Shown: positions 1 to 9,962 of the stretch, in pieces
How the letters are laid out: each line of letters starts with the position of its first letter
Numbering within the stretch: position 1 is the stretch's first letter
NCBI GenBank assembly: GCA_963787835.1
Contig: CAWBEI010000005.1
Coordinates: 256,001-320,000, forward strand
Source of the DNA: Ignavibacteriota bacterium
Lineage (GTDB): Bacteria > Bacteroidota > Ignavibacteria > Palsa-1295
Reading direction: 5' to 3'
Length of the DNA: 64,000 nucleotides
Position numbers and translations under genes: made by a program
Notes under the pieces: model-generated
Told to the model about the DNA's origin: nothing
Databases searched by the model: none
What the model saw: the letters and a program-made list of their open reading frames with translations, nothing else

Positions 1-2
1 AA

Positions 3-815
3 CATCTTTCGCTTGCCGACCTGACAGGGCGCATTCATTCGCTGTGCGACTATCCGCATCATGTTCTCTATTATGGCCCATCCAAGGTTCACGATGTAGT
101 AGCATCTCTTAATGGTCTGCATGTAGTAGGGAAACCTCAGGCCGTTCCGGCTCCTGTGGATTATGTGCATCAGGAAACGAATAGGAATAAGGTCTATTTC
201 GTCGATTACGACATGGCCCAAGCAGAAGTCATCATGCTTTCCAAAGGGCTGCCACAGTACGATGCGTCGAAAGCTCCGATGATCGCGCTGTACAATGAAT
301 ATTATGGTGGGTCCATGGCATCGGTAACGTTCCAAACGCTTCGGGAATCGAAGGCGCTTGCGTACGCAGTTTATAGCCGCTATGCAGCAGGACAAAAGAA
401 AGATGACCCCTATTACATCTTCTCCTATATTGGTTCACAGGCCGATAAAACACCTGAGTCCATGAAGAGCATGTTCGAGATATTAGATACCATGCCGCTT
501 GCCACCAAGCTATTTGATAATTCGAAACAATCGATCCTGAACACGATCGCAAGTGATCGAACGACACGGGAGGGCGTTCTCTGGTCTTATGAAAGCGCGA
601 AAAAACTTGGACTCGATCATGATATTCGTGCCGATGTTTATCACAATGTGCCAGCCCTGACGTTGGATCAGCTTGCCGATTTCCAAAAGCAAAATATTGC
701 CGGCCATCAATATGCCATTGCGGTGATCGGTTCCAAGAGCAAGGTAGATATGGATGCCCTTAAGCACTACGGCGACGTGCAGGAGCTCTCGCTGGATGAG
801 ATCTTCGGCTATTAG
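3..815 (+). CDS. M16 (insulinase) family peptidase, C-terminal part; 5' end lies outside the window
   Basis: Frame is open from base 3. YGGSMASVTFQTLRESKALAYAVYS matches the M16 C-domain LREx2LAY pattern. Confidence 0.85.
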   Translation, partial: HLSLADLTGRIHSLCDYPHHVLYYGPSKVHDVVASLNGLHVVGKPQAVPAPVDYVHQETNRNKVYFVDYDMAQAEVIMLSKGLPQYDASKAPMIALYNEYYGGSMASVTFQTLRESKALAYAVYSRYAAGQKKDDPYYIFSYIGSQADKTPESMKSMFEILDTMPLATKLFDNSKQSILNTIASDRTTREGVLWSYESAKKLGLDHDIRADVYHNVPALTLDQLADFQKQNIAGHQYAIAVIGSKSKVDMDALKHYGDVQELSLDEIFGY

Positions 816-825
816 GCCGCGAACG

Positions 826-914
826 GATAGTTTCAGAAGTGGAGAACGGATAGTGGATAGCGAATAGTTATTAATAAAACTATCCACTATCCACTTTTTC
901 ACTATCCACTACTC
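826..914. repeat. Inverted heptamer tandem repeats (GGATAGT)n...(ACTATCC)n
   Basis: Seen directly in the intergenic sequence. Confidence 0.8.
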
Positions 915-917
915 ACG

Positions 918-2396
918 GTGCCGCTTCAGATCTATAACACCCTCACCCGAAAGAAAGAACTCTTCACGCCCGTTCACGAAGGACGTGTGGGTATGTATTT
1001 TTGCGGACCGACCGTTTATGGCGATTCTCACGTCGGTCACGCAAAGGCGTACATCACAGCCGATATTGTAAACCGGTATCTCCGATTTCTTGGCTATGAT
1101 GTAACATACGTCCAGAACATCACCGATGTAGGTCACCTTACGGACGATGCCGATGAGGGCGATGACAAGTTGGAAGTTCAGAGCCGCAAGGAGAAAAAGC
1201 ATCCCATGGCTATCGCCGAGTATTACACGCGGCGATATTACGAGGACATGGACGCACTGAATATTCAGCGCCCGGATATTGCACCACGCGCTACAGGACA
1301 CATTATCGAGCAGATCGAGCTTATCAGAGAGCTAATTACAAAAGGATTTGCGTACAAGGTGGATGGGAGTGTTTATTTCGATGTCTCCAAAGATAAAGAA
1401 TACGGCAAGCTCTCTGGTAGGAAAGTAGAAGATCAGGAATCGAGCGGGCGCGTGGAAGAACGCACCGATAAACGCTCGCCGCAGGATTTCGCGCTTTGGA
1501 AACGTGCAGAAAAGGGGCACATTCTGCAATGGCCATCACCGTGGGGCATGGGATTTCCAGGCTGGCATATCGAGTGCTCGGCCATGTCCATGAAATATCT
1601 CGGCGAAACATTCGATATTCACGGCGGCGGACTCGAAAACCAGTTCCCGCACCACGAATGCGAAATAGCGCAATCCGAATGCGCCACCGGACATACATTT
1701 GCACGTTATTGGATGCACAACAACATGGTCACCACCGGCGGCGTGAAGATGGGGAAGTCGCTGGGGAATTCGGCGTATCTACGGGATCTGTATAAGCAGT
1801 ACGATCCGCTCTCGCTGCGGTTTACCATTTTGCAATCGCATTATCGTGGGACTACGGAGTTTACAGAGGATGCGATTGGTGCTGCGAATACAGGCTATAA
1901 GAAGTTAATCAACACATATCAACGCCTTATCGCAGCTGTAGGTGACGCAACATCACCAGAAATTGATCAGTATGCAAGTAAAATAGTTGAAGTATTTGGA
2001 GAAGATTTTCGTGAGGCTATGGACGATGATTTCAATACACCAAAAGCCCTTGCAGTTTTGTACAAGTTGGCGACAGAGACGAATAATATGATGGCAGCTG
2101 GCAATCCGAGGGCACCTGCATATTTACCCGTATGGAAACAGTTTGCTGGAGATGTATTAGGGATCCTTCCTAGTGAAGAGAGTGCGAAAGCTGGAGCTGC
2201 TACTCTCATTTCAGAGGATGCCGCGTTAATGCAATCCAACAAATTTAAGAATCTCGTGTGGTTTCTTGTCGGAATGCGCAAGGATGTTCGCGACCGCCGC
2301 GATTTTGCCACCAGCGACAGCATCCGTAAAGAATTGGAAGACGCCGGCATTATCCTCGAAGATACAAAAGATGGCACAACCTGGCGCCTGAAATGA
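918..2396 (+). CDS. cysS: Cysteine--tRNA ligase
   Basis: CGPTVY, HVGH (HIGH), DFALWK, PGWHIECSAM and KMGKS motifs. Confidence 0.98.
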   Translation: MPLQIYNTLTRKKELFTPVHEGRVGMYFCGPTVYGDSHVGHAKAYITADIVNRYLRFLGYDVTYVQNITDVGHLTDDADEGDDKLEVQSRKEKKHPMAIAEYYTRRYYEDMDALNIQRPDIAPRATGHIIEQIELIRELITKGFAYKVDGSVYFDVSKDKEYGKLSGRKVEDQESSGRVEERTDKRSPQDFALWKRAEKGHILQWPSPWGMGFPGWHIECSAMSMKYLGETFDIHGGGLENQFPHHECEIAQSECATGHTFARYWMHNNMVTTGGVKMGKSLGNSAYLRDLYKQYDPLSLRFTILQSHYRGTTEFTEDAIGAANTGYKKLINTYQRLIAAVGDATSPEIDQYASKIVEVFGEDFREAMDDDFNTPKALAVLYKLATETNNMMAAGNPRAPAYLPVWKQFAGDVLGILPSEESAKAGAATLISEDAALMQSNKFKNLVWFLVGMRKDVRDRRDFATSDSIRKELEDAGIILEDTKDGTTWRLK

Positions 2397-2415
2397 TTTC
2401 ATCCAAAAGAATGTA

Positions 2416-2649
2416 ATGGGTATGATGAAAGTCAATAAATACACCGCAGTGATCAATGAAGAGAACGGAGGGTATGTCTCTCTCTGTCCCGAACTTGATA
2501 TTGCAAGCCAGGGCGATACGGTCGAAGAGGCACTTCACAATTTGAAAGAGGCGGTCGAAATGTTTTTAGAGTGCGCGCCAGAGGAAGAAATACTTCGACG
2601 GGAGCATCAGAATGTGTTCGTGACCCAATTCGAAGCAGTTCATGCCTAA
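2416..2649 (+). CDS. hicB: HicB-family antitoxin (short form)
   Basis: YVSLCPELDIASQGDTVEEALHNLKEAVE is a typical HicB N-domain. Confidence 0.9.
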   Translation: MGMMKVNKYTAVINEENGGYVSLCPELDIASQGDTVEEALHNLKEAVEMFLECAPEEEILRREHQNVFVTQFEAVHA

Positions 2650-2866
2650 ACTTGGAGTCTCTTCCGGCTCTGAAATTTGTGAAATTTTGGAATCCAATGG
2701 CTTCACGAAAGTTCGTCATCGCCGAACAAGCGATGCGATCATGCAGAAGAGTGAGTCTGGCAGAACAATTACTGTCCCTGTTCCACAGCATAAGTTTGTC
2801 AAGATTGGGACGCTCCAATCGATCATTCGGCAATCGGAATTGCGTAAAGAATTATTTCTAAAATGA
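2642..2866 (+). CDS. hicA: HicA-family toxin
   Basis: ILESNGF...ITVPVPQH...IGTLQSIIRQS; overlaps hicB. Confidence 0.88.
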   Translation: MPKLGVSSGSEICEILESNGFTKVRHRRTSDAIMQKSESGRTITVPVPQHKFVKIGTLQSIIRQSELRKELFLK

Positions 2867-3438
2867 TGGACGAGCTCGCACCACTCGATCTTTCTCGCTT
2901 TTTCGAGCAACATCCGGTGCTCGAAACCGAGCGGATGATTCTTCGTCCCCTAACCATGGACGACGCAGAGGCCACTTACGCCTATGCACGCGATCCGGTC
3001 AGCAGTGAATTCATGCCCTGGGAAGTACCCCGATCGATGGCCGACACGATCGCCTATCTTGAAACGATCCCCAAGAATTATGCCGCACGCGAACGGATAA
3101 ATTTTGCAATGACGCTTAAATCGGACGGGAAGTTTATCGGCAGTTGTGGATTCCATAACATTTCTCCCGAACATCATAAGATCATGATGGGGTATCTTCT
3201 TATCCCTTCAGCGTGGGGTAACGGCTACATGACGGAAGCCGTCCGCGAAATGATCCGGTTTGCCTTCGAGGAGATGGGGATGCATCGTGTTGCGGCAACC
3301 TGTGATTATGAGAACATTCGCTCTGCGAACGTAATGGAGCGTTGCGGCATGAATCTTGAAGGCGTTTTCCGCGATCATGAGGTGCGGCGAGGAAAGTTTG
3401 TTTCAACAAAGACTTATGCCATTATAAAGGGGAATTAA
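2863..3438 (+). CDS. RimJ/RimL-type GNAT acetyltransferase
   Basis: LETERMILRP, WGNGYMTEA and N-x2-S-x2-V-x-E motifs. Confidence 0.9.
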   Translation: MMDELAPLDLSRFFEQHPVLETERMILRPLTMDDAEATYAYARDPVSSEFMPWEVPRSMADTIAYLETIPKNYAARERINFAMTLKSDGKFIGSCGFHNISPEHHKIMMGYLLIPSAWGNGYMTEAVREMIRFAFEEMGMHRVAATCDYENIRSANVMERCGMNLEGVFRDHEVRRGKFVSTKTYAIIKGN

Positions 3439-3465
3439 TGGGGGGTATTCTTGCTTTCCATAAGC

Positions 3466-3867
3466 ATGAAAAAGTTCAGCATTCTACTTCTCTTCTTCAC
3501 GCTTTGCATTTCGTGTGCTTCCATCGTTTTGGGTCAGCCGAGCCGGAAATTAATTAACGTTGATAGTCTTGTGAAACTGGGAACAGTTTCTATCAAAAAT
3601 GATGGAATTACGACCCTTAATGGTGATACCATTTCCGGAACGATTGGCCCGATAATCGTTGGTGGCGGGAAAAGTCCCACTCTTAATGCCTTTCCGAACG
3701 GAAGGATTTCGATTTCTGGCGAGCTGACAAAACCAACCCGACATTATTATGAAAAAGACGGCGAACGATATTACATTGAGAGCGTCCCGCCAACGCAAAA
3801 GGGCAAGCGAGCAGATGATTCAAATGTGTGGCTGTTACATAACGAGGTCGCCCAGGCATGGCACTGA
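3466..3867 (+). CDS. Hypothetical secreted protein
   Basis: MKKF plus a hydrophobic signal peptide; fits the operon spacing. Confidence 0.6.
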   Translation: MKKFSILLLFFTLCISCASIVLGQPSRKLINVDSLVKLGTVSIKNDGITTLNGDTISGTIGPIIVGGGKSPTLNAFPNGRISISGELTKPTRHYYEKDGERYYIESVPPTQKGKRADDSNVWLLHNEVAQAWH

Positions 3868-4271
3868 GGTTCCGGCGCAGAGTCAAGTTGCTGCCGGGTG
3901 TTCACCTGAATATTAGCCGATCTGGAATTAGCACTTCAGTAGGCGTTCCGGGAGCGAGTTTGACCTTTGGTAAGCGCGGTACTTACATGAATACCGGCCT
4001 TCCTGGAACCGGAATATCATGGCGTGGAAGAGTTGGGGATAAGGTTCCTGCGAGGGGTGACGTACTCTCCGATTCCAAGCCGATCCAGGGCAATCCAAAA
4101 ACGCATCATCTCCACTGGTGGACTATCACGCTATTTTTTGTAGCGATGGTTGGTGCTGGAGCAACCAAATCCGATCTTGTGATCGGCCTGTTTTGGGGCG
4201 GTTGGATCGGGTATTGGATTTATCTCGTCGTTCGATCGATCATGCGCAAGAACGATAGGGCGACTGTGTAG
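3858..4271 (+). CDS. DUF4236-like membrane protein
   Basis: MALRFRRRVKLLPGVHLNISRSGISTSVG...GLPGTGIS N-terminus followed by two TM segments. Confidence 0.85.
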   Translation: MALRFRRRVKLLPGVHLNISRSGISTSVGVPGASLTFGKRGTYMNTGLPGTGISWRGRVGDKVPARGDVLSDSKPIQGNPKTHHLHWWTITLFFVAMVGAGATKSDLVIGLFWGGWIGYWIYLVVRSIMRKNDRATV

Positions 4272-4331
4272 CGCAAACTTTAGTTTGCGACCCCACTAAC
4301 GACATGGGTCGCAAACTAAAGTTTGCGCTAC
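4268..4331. repeat. GTAG-type REP doublet between convergent genes
   Basis: GTAGCGCAAACTTTAGTTTGCGAC...GTCGCAAACTAAAGTTTGCGCTAC inverted pair. Confidence 0.85.
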
Positions 4332-4355
4332 ATTTGCGATACATTTACGTTACAG

Positions 4356-6152
4356 TTAAAATGCCGCCTTTATTCCACCGCCAGCTCCGCGAATCTTCCA
4401 GGTTGCTGCGTTGTAACCGGGACGGTATGCGTTCCACGATACATTATCGAATCGATCGACCCATGCTGTTGTATTGAGTGGTTCCCAAAGAAAAAGACTG
4501 GCCTGATCGTCATACATGATCTTTTGCAGTTCTTTTTCCATATCCACTCTCTTGGAGGGATCTAACTCCAGCCGAATATCTTCCATCAGCTTATCCGCTT
4601 TGGGGTTGTTGTAGTTGTCGTAATTGGAGCCGCGATTCTTCGCCTGGGAGGAGTGATACAGTTGGTAACTATCCGTTTCGAATGGATCGTTGATCCACCC
4701 GCCTAAGTGTGCTTCGAGCAAATGATCGCGCAGGCGTTCGAGATACACGCTCCACTCCAGTGTATTGACACCTGCATCGATGCCGATCTTCCTCAAGGCC
4801 TCTGCGATGACCAGCAATTCTTTCTTTCGCGTTTCGTTACCCGCGTTCACGGTGAAGGTGAATCGGAATGGAATCCGCTTTCCGTCAATCACTTTGTCAC
4901 GGATCCCATCGCCATCGTGGTCTTTCCAATCGAGCGAATCGAGGATGTGGGACGTCATGGCGGGATCGTAGGGAATGATCGGCAAATCGTGATTTGCTTC
5001 TGGATGCGTTGAGGTCACCGAGGTTTGCGTCAGCTTGGCCATGCCAAAAAGAAGCTTGTCAATAATAGTTTTACGATCGACCATGTAGGCCATAGCCCAT
5101 CGCACACCGGGGTCACGGAAGATGGGACTTTTTTCACTAAAACCAATATACGCAAATTGTCCGAGAGGGAATGCCGTGCGTTTCAGTCCATTTTGGTTTG
5201 TATCGATACCAGCCCAGAATTGCGCAGGGATTTCTCCGATGAGATCGACATCATGTGATTTCAGCGCAGTTGTTGCAGCATTGAAATCATTGATGGTTTT
5301 GTAGATCATGGTATCGGGATTTGCTTCGCCTTGCGGACCCCAATGGTTCACATAATAGGGATTGCGCACAAACCGGGTATATTGGTTGGTCACCCATTCA
5401 TCGAGTTTATAGGGTCCGCTTCCCTGAATATATTTGGGGTCGCGATTTCGTTCCGCATTGGTGAACCATGTTGCATATTCAAGCATTATCGGGTTTTGGT
5501 GCTTCGCCAGCGTCACGCTATCGATCTCTTTATTCCCAGCCGTTTCCACGATGGACGCAATGTCATCCCATGAATATTTATCAGTCATTCCATTCGGATC
5601 GAGGATATGTTTTGGCAAAATATACAACGCATCCCCAAAGCCAGCCTGCATGATAAGAAAATAGGGTTTCCATAATTTAAATCGCACACGATAAGGGTCG
5701 CCATCAATAAGCTCCGCGCTATGAATAGCATCAATATAGACGCGTTTCTGTCCGGACATTACATTGAAGGGATTCTTCAGCGATTTAAGACTGTAGATCA
5801 CATCCTCACCAGTCAAGGGCTTGCCATCCGGCCATTTCACATCATTGCGAAGCGTAAAATCGAATTGAAGATGATCCGGTGATTCCACAGGTAGCGCCGT
5901 GGCAAGAATGGGCACGGTATATTTCATAGTGGCGGGATCGATCGTAATAAGCCGCTGATAAATCTGCTCCTCCATGTACGTGGCGTTTGCATCGGTGGAA
6001 TTAAAGGGATTCAGTGACTGAGCATCCGAAAGCTCCCACTCGATCACCCGGTTATCACTCGAAACGGGCTTGATGCCAGATTTGGTGCAGCCAAAAAGGA
6101 TGAGTGGGAGCAGAAAAAGGAATGAAGAAGGTTTTGTCATGAAGTATCGCAT
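4356..6152 (-). CDS. ABC peptide/nickel-type substrate-binding lipoprotein (family 5)
   Basis: Lipobox LFGC; FTLRNDVKWPDGKPLTGEDV; GSGPYKL. Confidence 0.92.
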   Translation of the reverse strand: MRYFMTKPSSFLFLLPLILFGCTKSGIKPVSSDNRVIEWELSDAQSLNPFNSTDANATYMEEQIYQRLITIDPATMKYTVPILATALPVESPDHLQFDFTLRNDVKWPDGKPLTGEDVIYSLKSLKNPFNVMSGQKRVYIDAIHSAELIDGDPYRVRFKLWKPYFLIMQAGFGDALYILPKHILDPNGMTDKYSWDDIASIVETAGNKEIDSVTLAKHQNPIMLEYATWFTNAERNRDPKYIQGSGPYKLDEWVTNQYTRFVRNPYYVNHWGPQGEANPDTMIYKTINDFNAATTALKSHDVDLIGEIPAQFWAGIDTNQNGLKRTAFPLGQFAYIGFSEKSPIFRDPGVRWAMAYMVDRKTIIDKLLFGMAKLTQTSVTSTHPEANHDLPIIPYDPAMTSHILDSLDWKDHDGDGIRDKVIDGKRIPFRFTFTVNAGNETRKKELLVIAEALRKIGIDAGVNTLEWSVYLERLRDHLLEAHLGGWINDPFETDSYQLYHSSQAKNRGSNYDNYNNPKADKLMEDIRLELDPSKRVDMEKELQKIMYDDQASLFLWEPLNTTAWVDRFDNVSWNAYRPGYNAATWKIRGAGGGIKAAF

Positions 6153-6186
6153 AAGCTATAATGTCAACAAATTGAATCCACGGGGA

Positions 6187-7833
6187 TCATCTATCACCGG
6201 ACGTGTCTTCACTAGCATGGGAGATATCGAGTATTCGTGTAACCCACAGCGAAGCAGAATCAGCAGAAGTTAGACTCTGACCGACCGGTGCAGGAAAACG
6301 AAACACTTCCGGAGCATAAAACCGTCCATGCATTGCCGGCGCCCACGGCTGCACTTGCTGTTTGTGAGGCTCGAAAATATCCCAGTGCCAATTCTGCTCG
6401 TGAAATTCGCGGAGCGGGTAGGAAACGATGTAGTACTGCACTCCATATTTTCTTAGGACATGAAGAAGGTCGGCCTGCGCCCCAATGGAATCCACCATTG
6501 CCTGATCGGCAGCAAGTCCCTCGAGTTGTAAGATTGGTTGTCCTGTAATGAACGCCGTGAGGCCCGCACGATCACCCATTGCATATCGTCCCGGATGGGC
6601 ATCGGTAAATGGCTTTATTCCAAGTGCATGAATGTAAATATTAGGCTGAGCACGAGTCTGAGATTCAACGAGATTGAGCTTTGACGTAAGGCCAACAATA
6701 TCTCTGTACAGGATGAAAGACGCAATCGTGATAACAGCGATCAAGGCAATGGGGGCAAGCCTGTCAACAACATTTCTAAAATTGTCTGAAATGAGAGATC
6801 GAATTTCAAAAAGCGCCGCTGCAGCAGAGATAGGATAGGGATAAAAATACCAATAATACGAACTCCACGAAAGCTTTGAGGCGAGAACAATTGCAAACAG
6901 GAGCGGAAATCCGAATATGACGATTCGAACCCCAGCGTCTCTGTGATATTTGCGAAATGAGCGAATTGAAAACACCAACCCTGCGACGGTGAGCAAAAAA
7001 TAGATCGAACCTCGTGGGCTACCGATGGCATCGATCGCTCGCCAGGAAAAATGCCAGCCAAGGGCTAACTGTTTGGCTTCTGCGCTTACCGGTTCCCACG
7101 ATCCGAATACCGCATGATTCCATATAAAATATGCAACAACCGGAGTAAGACCTAAAAGAAACACACCTAATTCTTGCCATCCAACTTTATTGAAGATAAG
7201 AAGCGCAAAGGCGATAGAAATAGCCAGCGCTGTATCGAGCCGAGCCAGAATCATTAGCGAGGCAGCTAAGCCACTCAGCAGAAATGACGTAAGATGGTGA
7301 GTGTCTCCTAAAACGGAAAGAAAAGTCAAAATGAAAAGCACATAGCATGGAATCACAACCGCCGTTTCCATTCCCGAAAAAATAAGGACCGTAAGAAGCA
7401 AGGACGTAACCAGAACGATTGGAGCGAGCCAAGTTTGTTTCCCATATACCCGATCGAACAGGCGCCATAAAAGTAACGCGCTCACGGTGGCTGAAACGAT
7501 CTGAACGACGGATAATAATTGAAAGAACGTGTGGTCATTCCCGCCGGTGATCGCTACAAGTCCAGTTAGGCACCACAGCCAGAGCGGGTGGTAACCATTC
7601 GTAGGCACAATGCCATCGAACGAAGAAAAGCCGTGAAGGGCAATATGCTTTGCTGTGAGATAGTAATAGTAGAAATCATCCTGCGGGATGATCGAGTAAG
7701 CAAGTGATCCGCGCCAAAGGTGGTACAGCGATTCATACGCAAGCCCGCACGCAAAAAGGAACGTGCCAATAAGAACCGTGTACCGACCGCCTAAAGAAGG
7801 ACTATGAGACTTCATGCACTTTACACTCGGCAC
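6187..7833 (-). CDS. Polytopic membrane protein, GT-C glycosyltransferase-like
   Basis: DDFYYY...TNGYHPLW, GMET and ARLD motifs; many TM helices. Confidence 0.7.
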   Translation of the reverse strand: MPSVKCMKSHSPSLGGRYTVLIGTFLFACGLAYESLYHLWRGSLAYSIIPQDDFYYYYLTAKHIALHGFSSFDGIVPTNGYHPLWLWCLTGLVAITGGNDHTFFQLLSVVQIVSATVSALLLWRLFDRVYGKQTWLAPIVLVTSLLLTVLIFSGMETAVVIPCYVLFILTFLSVLGDTHHLTSFLLSGLAASLMILARLDTALAISIAFALLIFNKVGWQELGVFLLGLTPVVAYFIWNHAVFGSWEPVSAEAKQLALGWHFSWRAIDAIGSPRGSIYFLLTVAGLVFSIRSFRKYHRDAGVRIVIFGFPLLFAIVLASKLSWSSYYWYFYPYPISAAAALFEIRSLISDNFRNVVDRLAPIALIAVITIASFILYRDIVGLTSKLNLVESQTRAQPNIYIHALGIKPFTDAHPGRYAMGDRAGLTAFITGQPILQLEGLAADQAMVDSIGAQADLLHVLRKYGVQYYIVSYPLREFHEQNWHWDIFEPHKQQVQPWAPAMHGRFYAPEVFRFPAPVGQSLTSADSASLWVTRILDISHASEDTSGDR

Positions 7834-7865
7834 ACAAGCGGCTTAAGTCTAACAAAAGCTTGAGA

Positions 7866-8630
7866 TTACGCCTCGCCCAAATACGCCTCGATCACTTTAC
7901 GATCGTTGCGAATTTCTTTCGGCGTGCCTTCCGCTATCTTCAAGCCATAATCAAGCACATAGATTCGTTCACAGATACCCATCACAAGCGACATATCATG
8001 CTCGATCAGCAGCACCGCGATCTTGAATTGCTCGCGCACTTCCTGGATCAGGCGCATAAGCGCGTGTTTTTCAGCGGGATTCATTCCAGCAGCCGGTTCA
8101 TCCAGAAGTAGAAGCTTGGGATTGGTTGCCAGTGCCCGCACGATCTCTAATCGCCGCTGATCACCATACGGAAGGCTTGTTGCATGCTCGTCGCGTGCTT
8201 CACGCAGATGAAAAAGATCGAGGAGTTCTTCGATCTTTACAGCGAGTTTTTTTTCGTTCTGATAAAAACCCTTAAACCGAAGGACAGACCCCCAGGGCCC
8301 GTATGTTGTTTGGGATGTCAAAGAAACACGGATGTTATCAAAGACTGTCATGCCCTTAAAGAGGCGAATATTCTGGAATGTTCGCGCAATACCTCTATGG
8401 CTGATCTGATTTGGGCGCAGACCATTTAACTCCTCACCTTGAAATTGGATATGCCCGACGGTAGGTGAATACACGCCGGTGATAACATTGAACACCGTTG
8501 TTTTACCCGCTCCATTTGGGCCTATCAGACCCACGAGGTCGTGCGGGCCGACTTCAGCCTCAAGCTCTCCGACGGCCGTAATGCCGCCAAAGCGCATGGT
8601 AACGTTATTAAGAGTTAAACCTTCGGTCAT
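7866..8630 (-). CDS. livG: Branched-chain amino acid ABC ATPase (LivG-like)
   Basis: GPNGAGKTT, RTFQNIRLF, LPYGDQRRLEI, IEHDM, VIEAYLG. Confidence 0.9.
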   Translation of the reverse strand: MTEGLTLNNVTMRFGGITAVGELEAEVGPHDLVGLIGPNGAGKTTVFNVITGVYSPTVGHIQFQGEELNGLRPNQISHRGIARTFQNIRLFKGMTVFDNIRVSLTSQTTYGPWGSVLRFKGFYQNEKKLAVKIEELLDLFHLREARDEHATSLPYGDQRRLEIVRALATNPKLLLLDEPAAGMNPAEKHALMRLIQEVREQFKIAVLLIEHDMSLVMGICERIYVLDYGLKIAEGTPKEIRNDRKVIEAYLGEA

Positions 8631-8635
8631 GAGCT

Positions 8636-8729
8636 GTAGCCGTGGGCTTTAGCCCACGGTGTATTGTAATTCATTTCTCCAAAATCGCATTTCATTGCTT
8701 CGCCACCGTGACCTGAAGGTCACGGCTAC
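8636..8729. repeat. GTAG-type REP doublet
   Basis: GTAGCCGTGGGCTTTAGCCCACGG...CCGTGACCTGAAGGTCACGGCTAC; sister copy at 21704. Confidence 0.85.
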
Positions 8730-8730
8730 G

Positions 8731-9864
8731 TTATTTCACATCCGTTTTGATAAACGGCGGCTTTTGCACGATAGCTTTAACGCGCTTGCCGGGACGCACT
8801 TCAACGAGTATTTCAGTTCCATCTTTCGAAAGCTCTGTCGGTACATAACCCAGCGCGATAGATTTATTCAGCATCGGCGATAAATTCCCGCTCGTTACTT
8901 CGCCAATTTGTGCGCCATTGGCATCGACGATCTTATGCCCGTGCCGCATGATCGCGCCTTTTTCATCGGTGTAAAATCCAACCAGCTTGCGGGTGAGCCC
9001 CTTTTCTTTAATGGCACGAAGAGCAGGGAAGGCCAGGCATTCCGGCGTTTTATTCAGCTTTGTGATCCAGCCGAGACCCGCTTCGAGAGGATTTGTATCT
9101 TCCGTTATATCATTCCCATAAAGGCAGTAGCCCATTTCTAACCGGAGGGTATCGCGCGCGCCGAGACCGATGGCTTGCAATCCCGCTTTTGCACCGGCGG
9201 CAAAGAGTGCATCCCACACTTTATTAGCGGTTGGCTGTTCGCTGGTAAAAAAGATCTCGAAACCAGGCTCGCCGGTATAGCCGGTGCGAGCGATCGTCAT
9301 ATCCACGCCCGCGAGCGTGCCTGTGGTGAAATGATAATACTCGATCGCATTGAGATCGACGCTCGTAAGCGTCTGCAAAATACCTTTTGCGGATTTCCCC
9401 TGCACGGCAAGCAGCGCGGTCGCATCGGAATCATTCCTGAGCGTGACGTTAAAGTTTGCGGATTGCTTTAAAAACCACGCCCAATCTTTATCGAGCGTCG
9501 CGCCGTTGACGACGATCATATAATGCTCCGGCTCGCGCATATAGACTATCAGATCGTCTAACAGGGTGCCGCGCTCGTTCGGGAGGCTGCTATATTGCGC
9601 GCGGCCGGGAATGAGCGCGCTGACATCGTTCGTGGTGATGGTCTGCAGGAACCGGAGCGCATCCGGGCCGGCGACATCGAACTCGCCCATGTGCGAGACG
9701 TCGAACACGCCCCCGCCCGTCGTATCTGTGGACTCGCGGACGGCCTTGTGCTCGGCGATAATGCCCTTGGTGTACTGCACCGGCATCTCATACCCGGCAA
9801 ACTCGACCATCTTGCCACCTAAGGCAACATGCTTATCGTAAAATGGTGTGCGTTTGAGTGACAA
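8731..9864 (-). CDS. gcvT: Glycine cleavage system T protein
   Basis: FDVSHMG, RTGYTGE, GLGARDTLRLE. Confidence 0.97.
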   Translation of the reverse strand: MSLKRTPFYDKHVALGGKMVEFAGYEMPVQYTKGIIAEHKAVRESTDTTGGGVFDVSHMGEFDVAGPDALRFLQTITTNDVSALIPGRAQYSSLPNERGTLLDDLIVYMREPEHYMIVVNGATLDKDWAWFLKQSANFNVTLRNDSDATALLAVQGKSAKGILQTLTSVDLNAIEYYHFTTGTLAGVDMTIARTGYTGEPGFEIFFTSEQPTANKVWDALFAAGAKAGLQAIGLGARDTLRLEMGYCLYGNDITEDTNPLEAGLGWITKLNKTPECLAFPALRAIKEKGLTRKLVGFYTDEKGAIMRHGHKIVDANGAQIGEVTSGNLSPMLNKSIALGYVPTELSKDGTEILVEVRPGKRVKAIVQKPPFIKTDVK

Positions 9865-9962
9865 TGATGAATGAGGAATTATGAATGATGAAATGGGGAT
9901 AAAAAAGAAAGGAAATCTAAAGAATGAGGACTAAAGTTGCATTGGAATTGACTTGCTCGGCT

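Noticed and set aside
4356-8630. Orphan ABC components (binding protein, livG, and dppB at 51700) as a novel transporter
   Set aside because: Ordinary families; their partners are probably encoded elsewhere in the genome.
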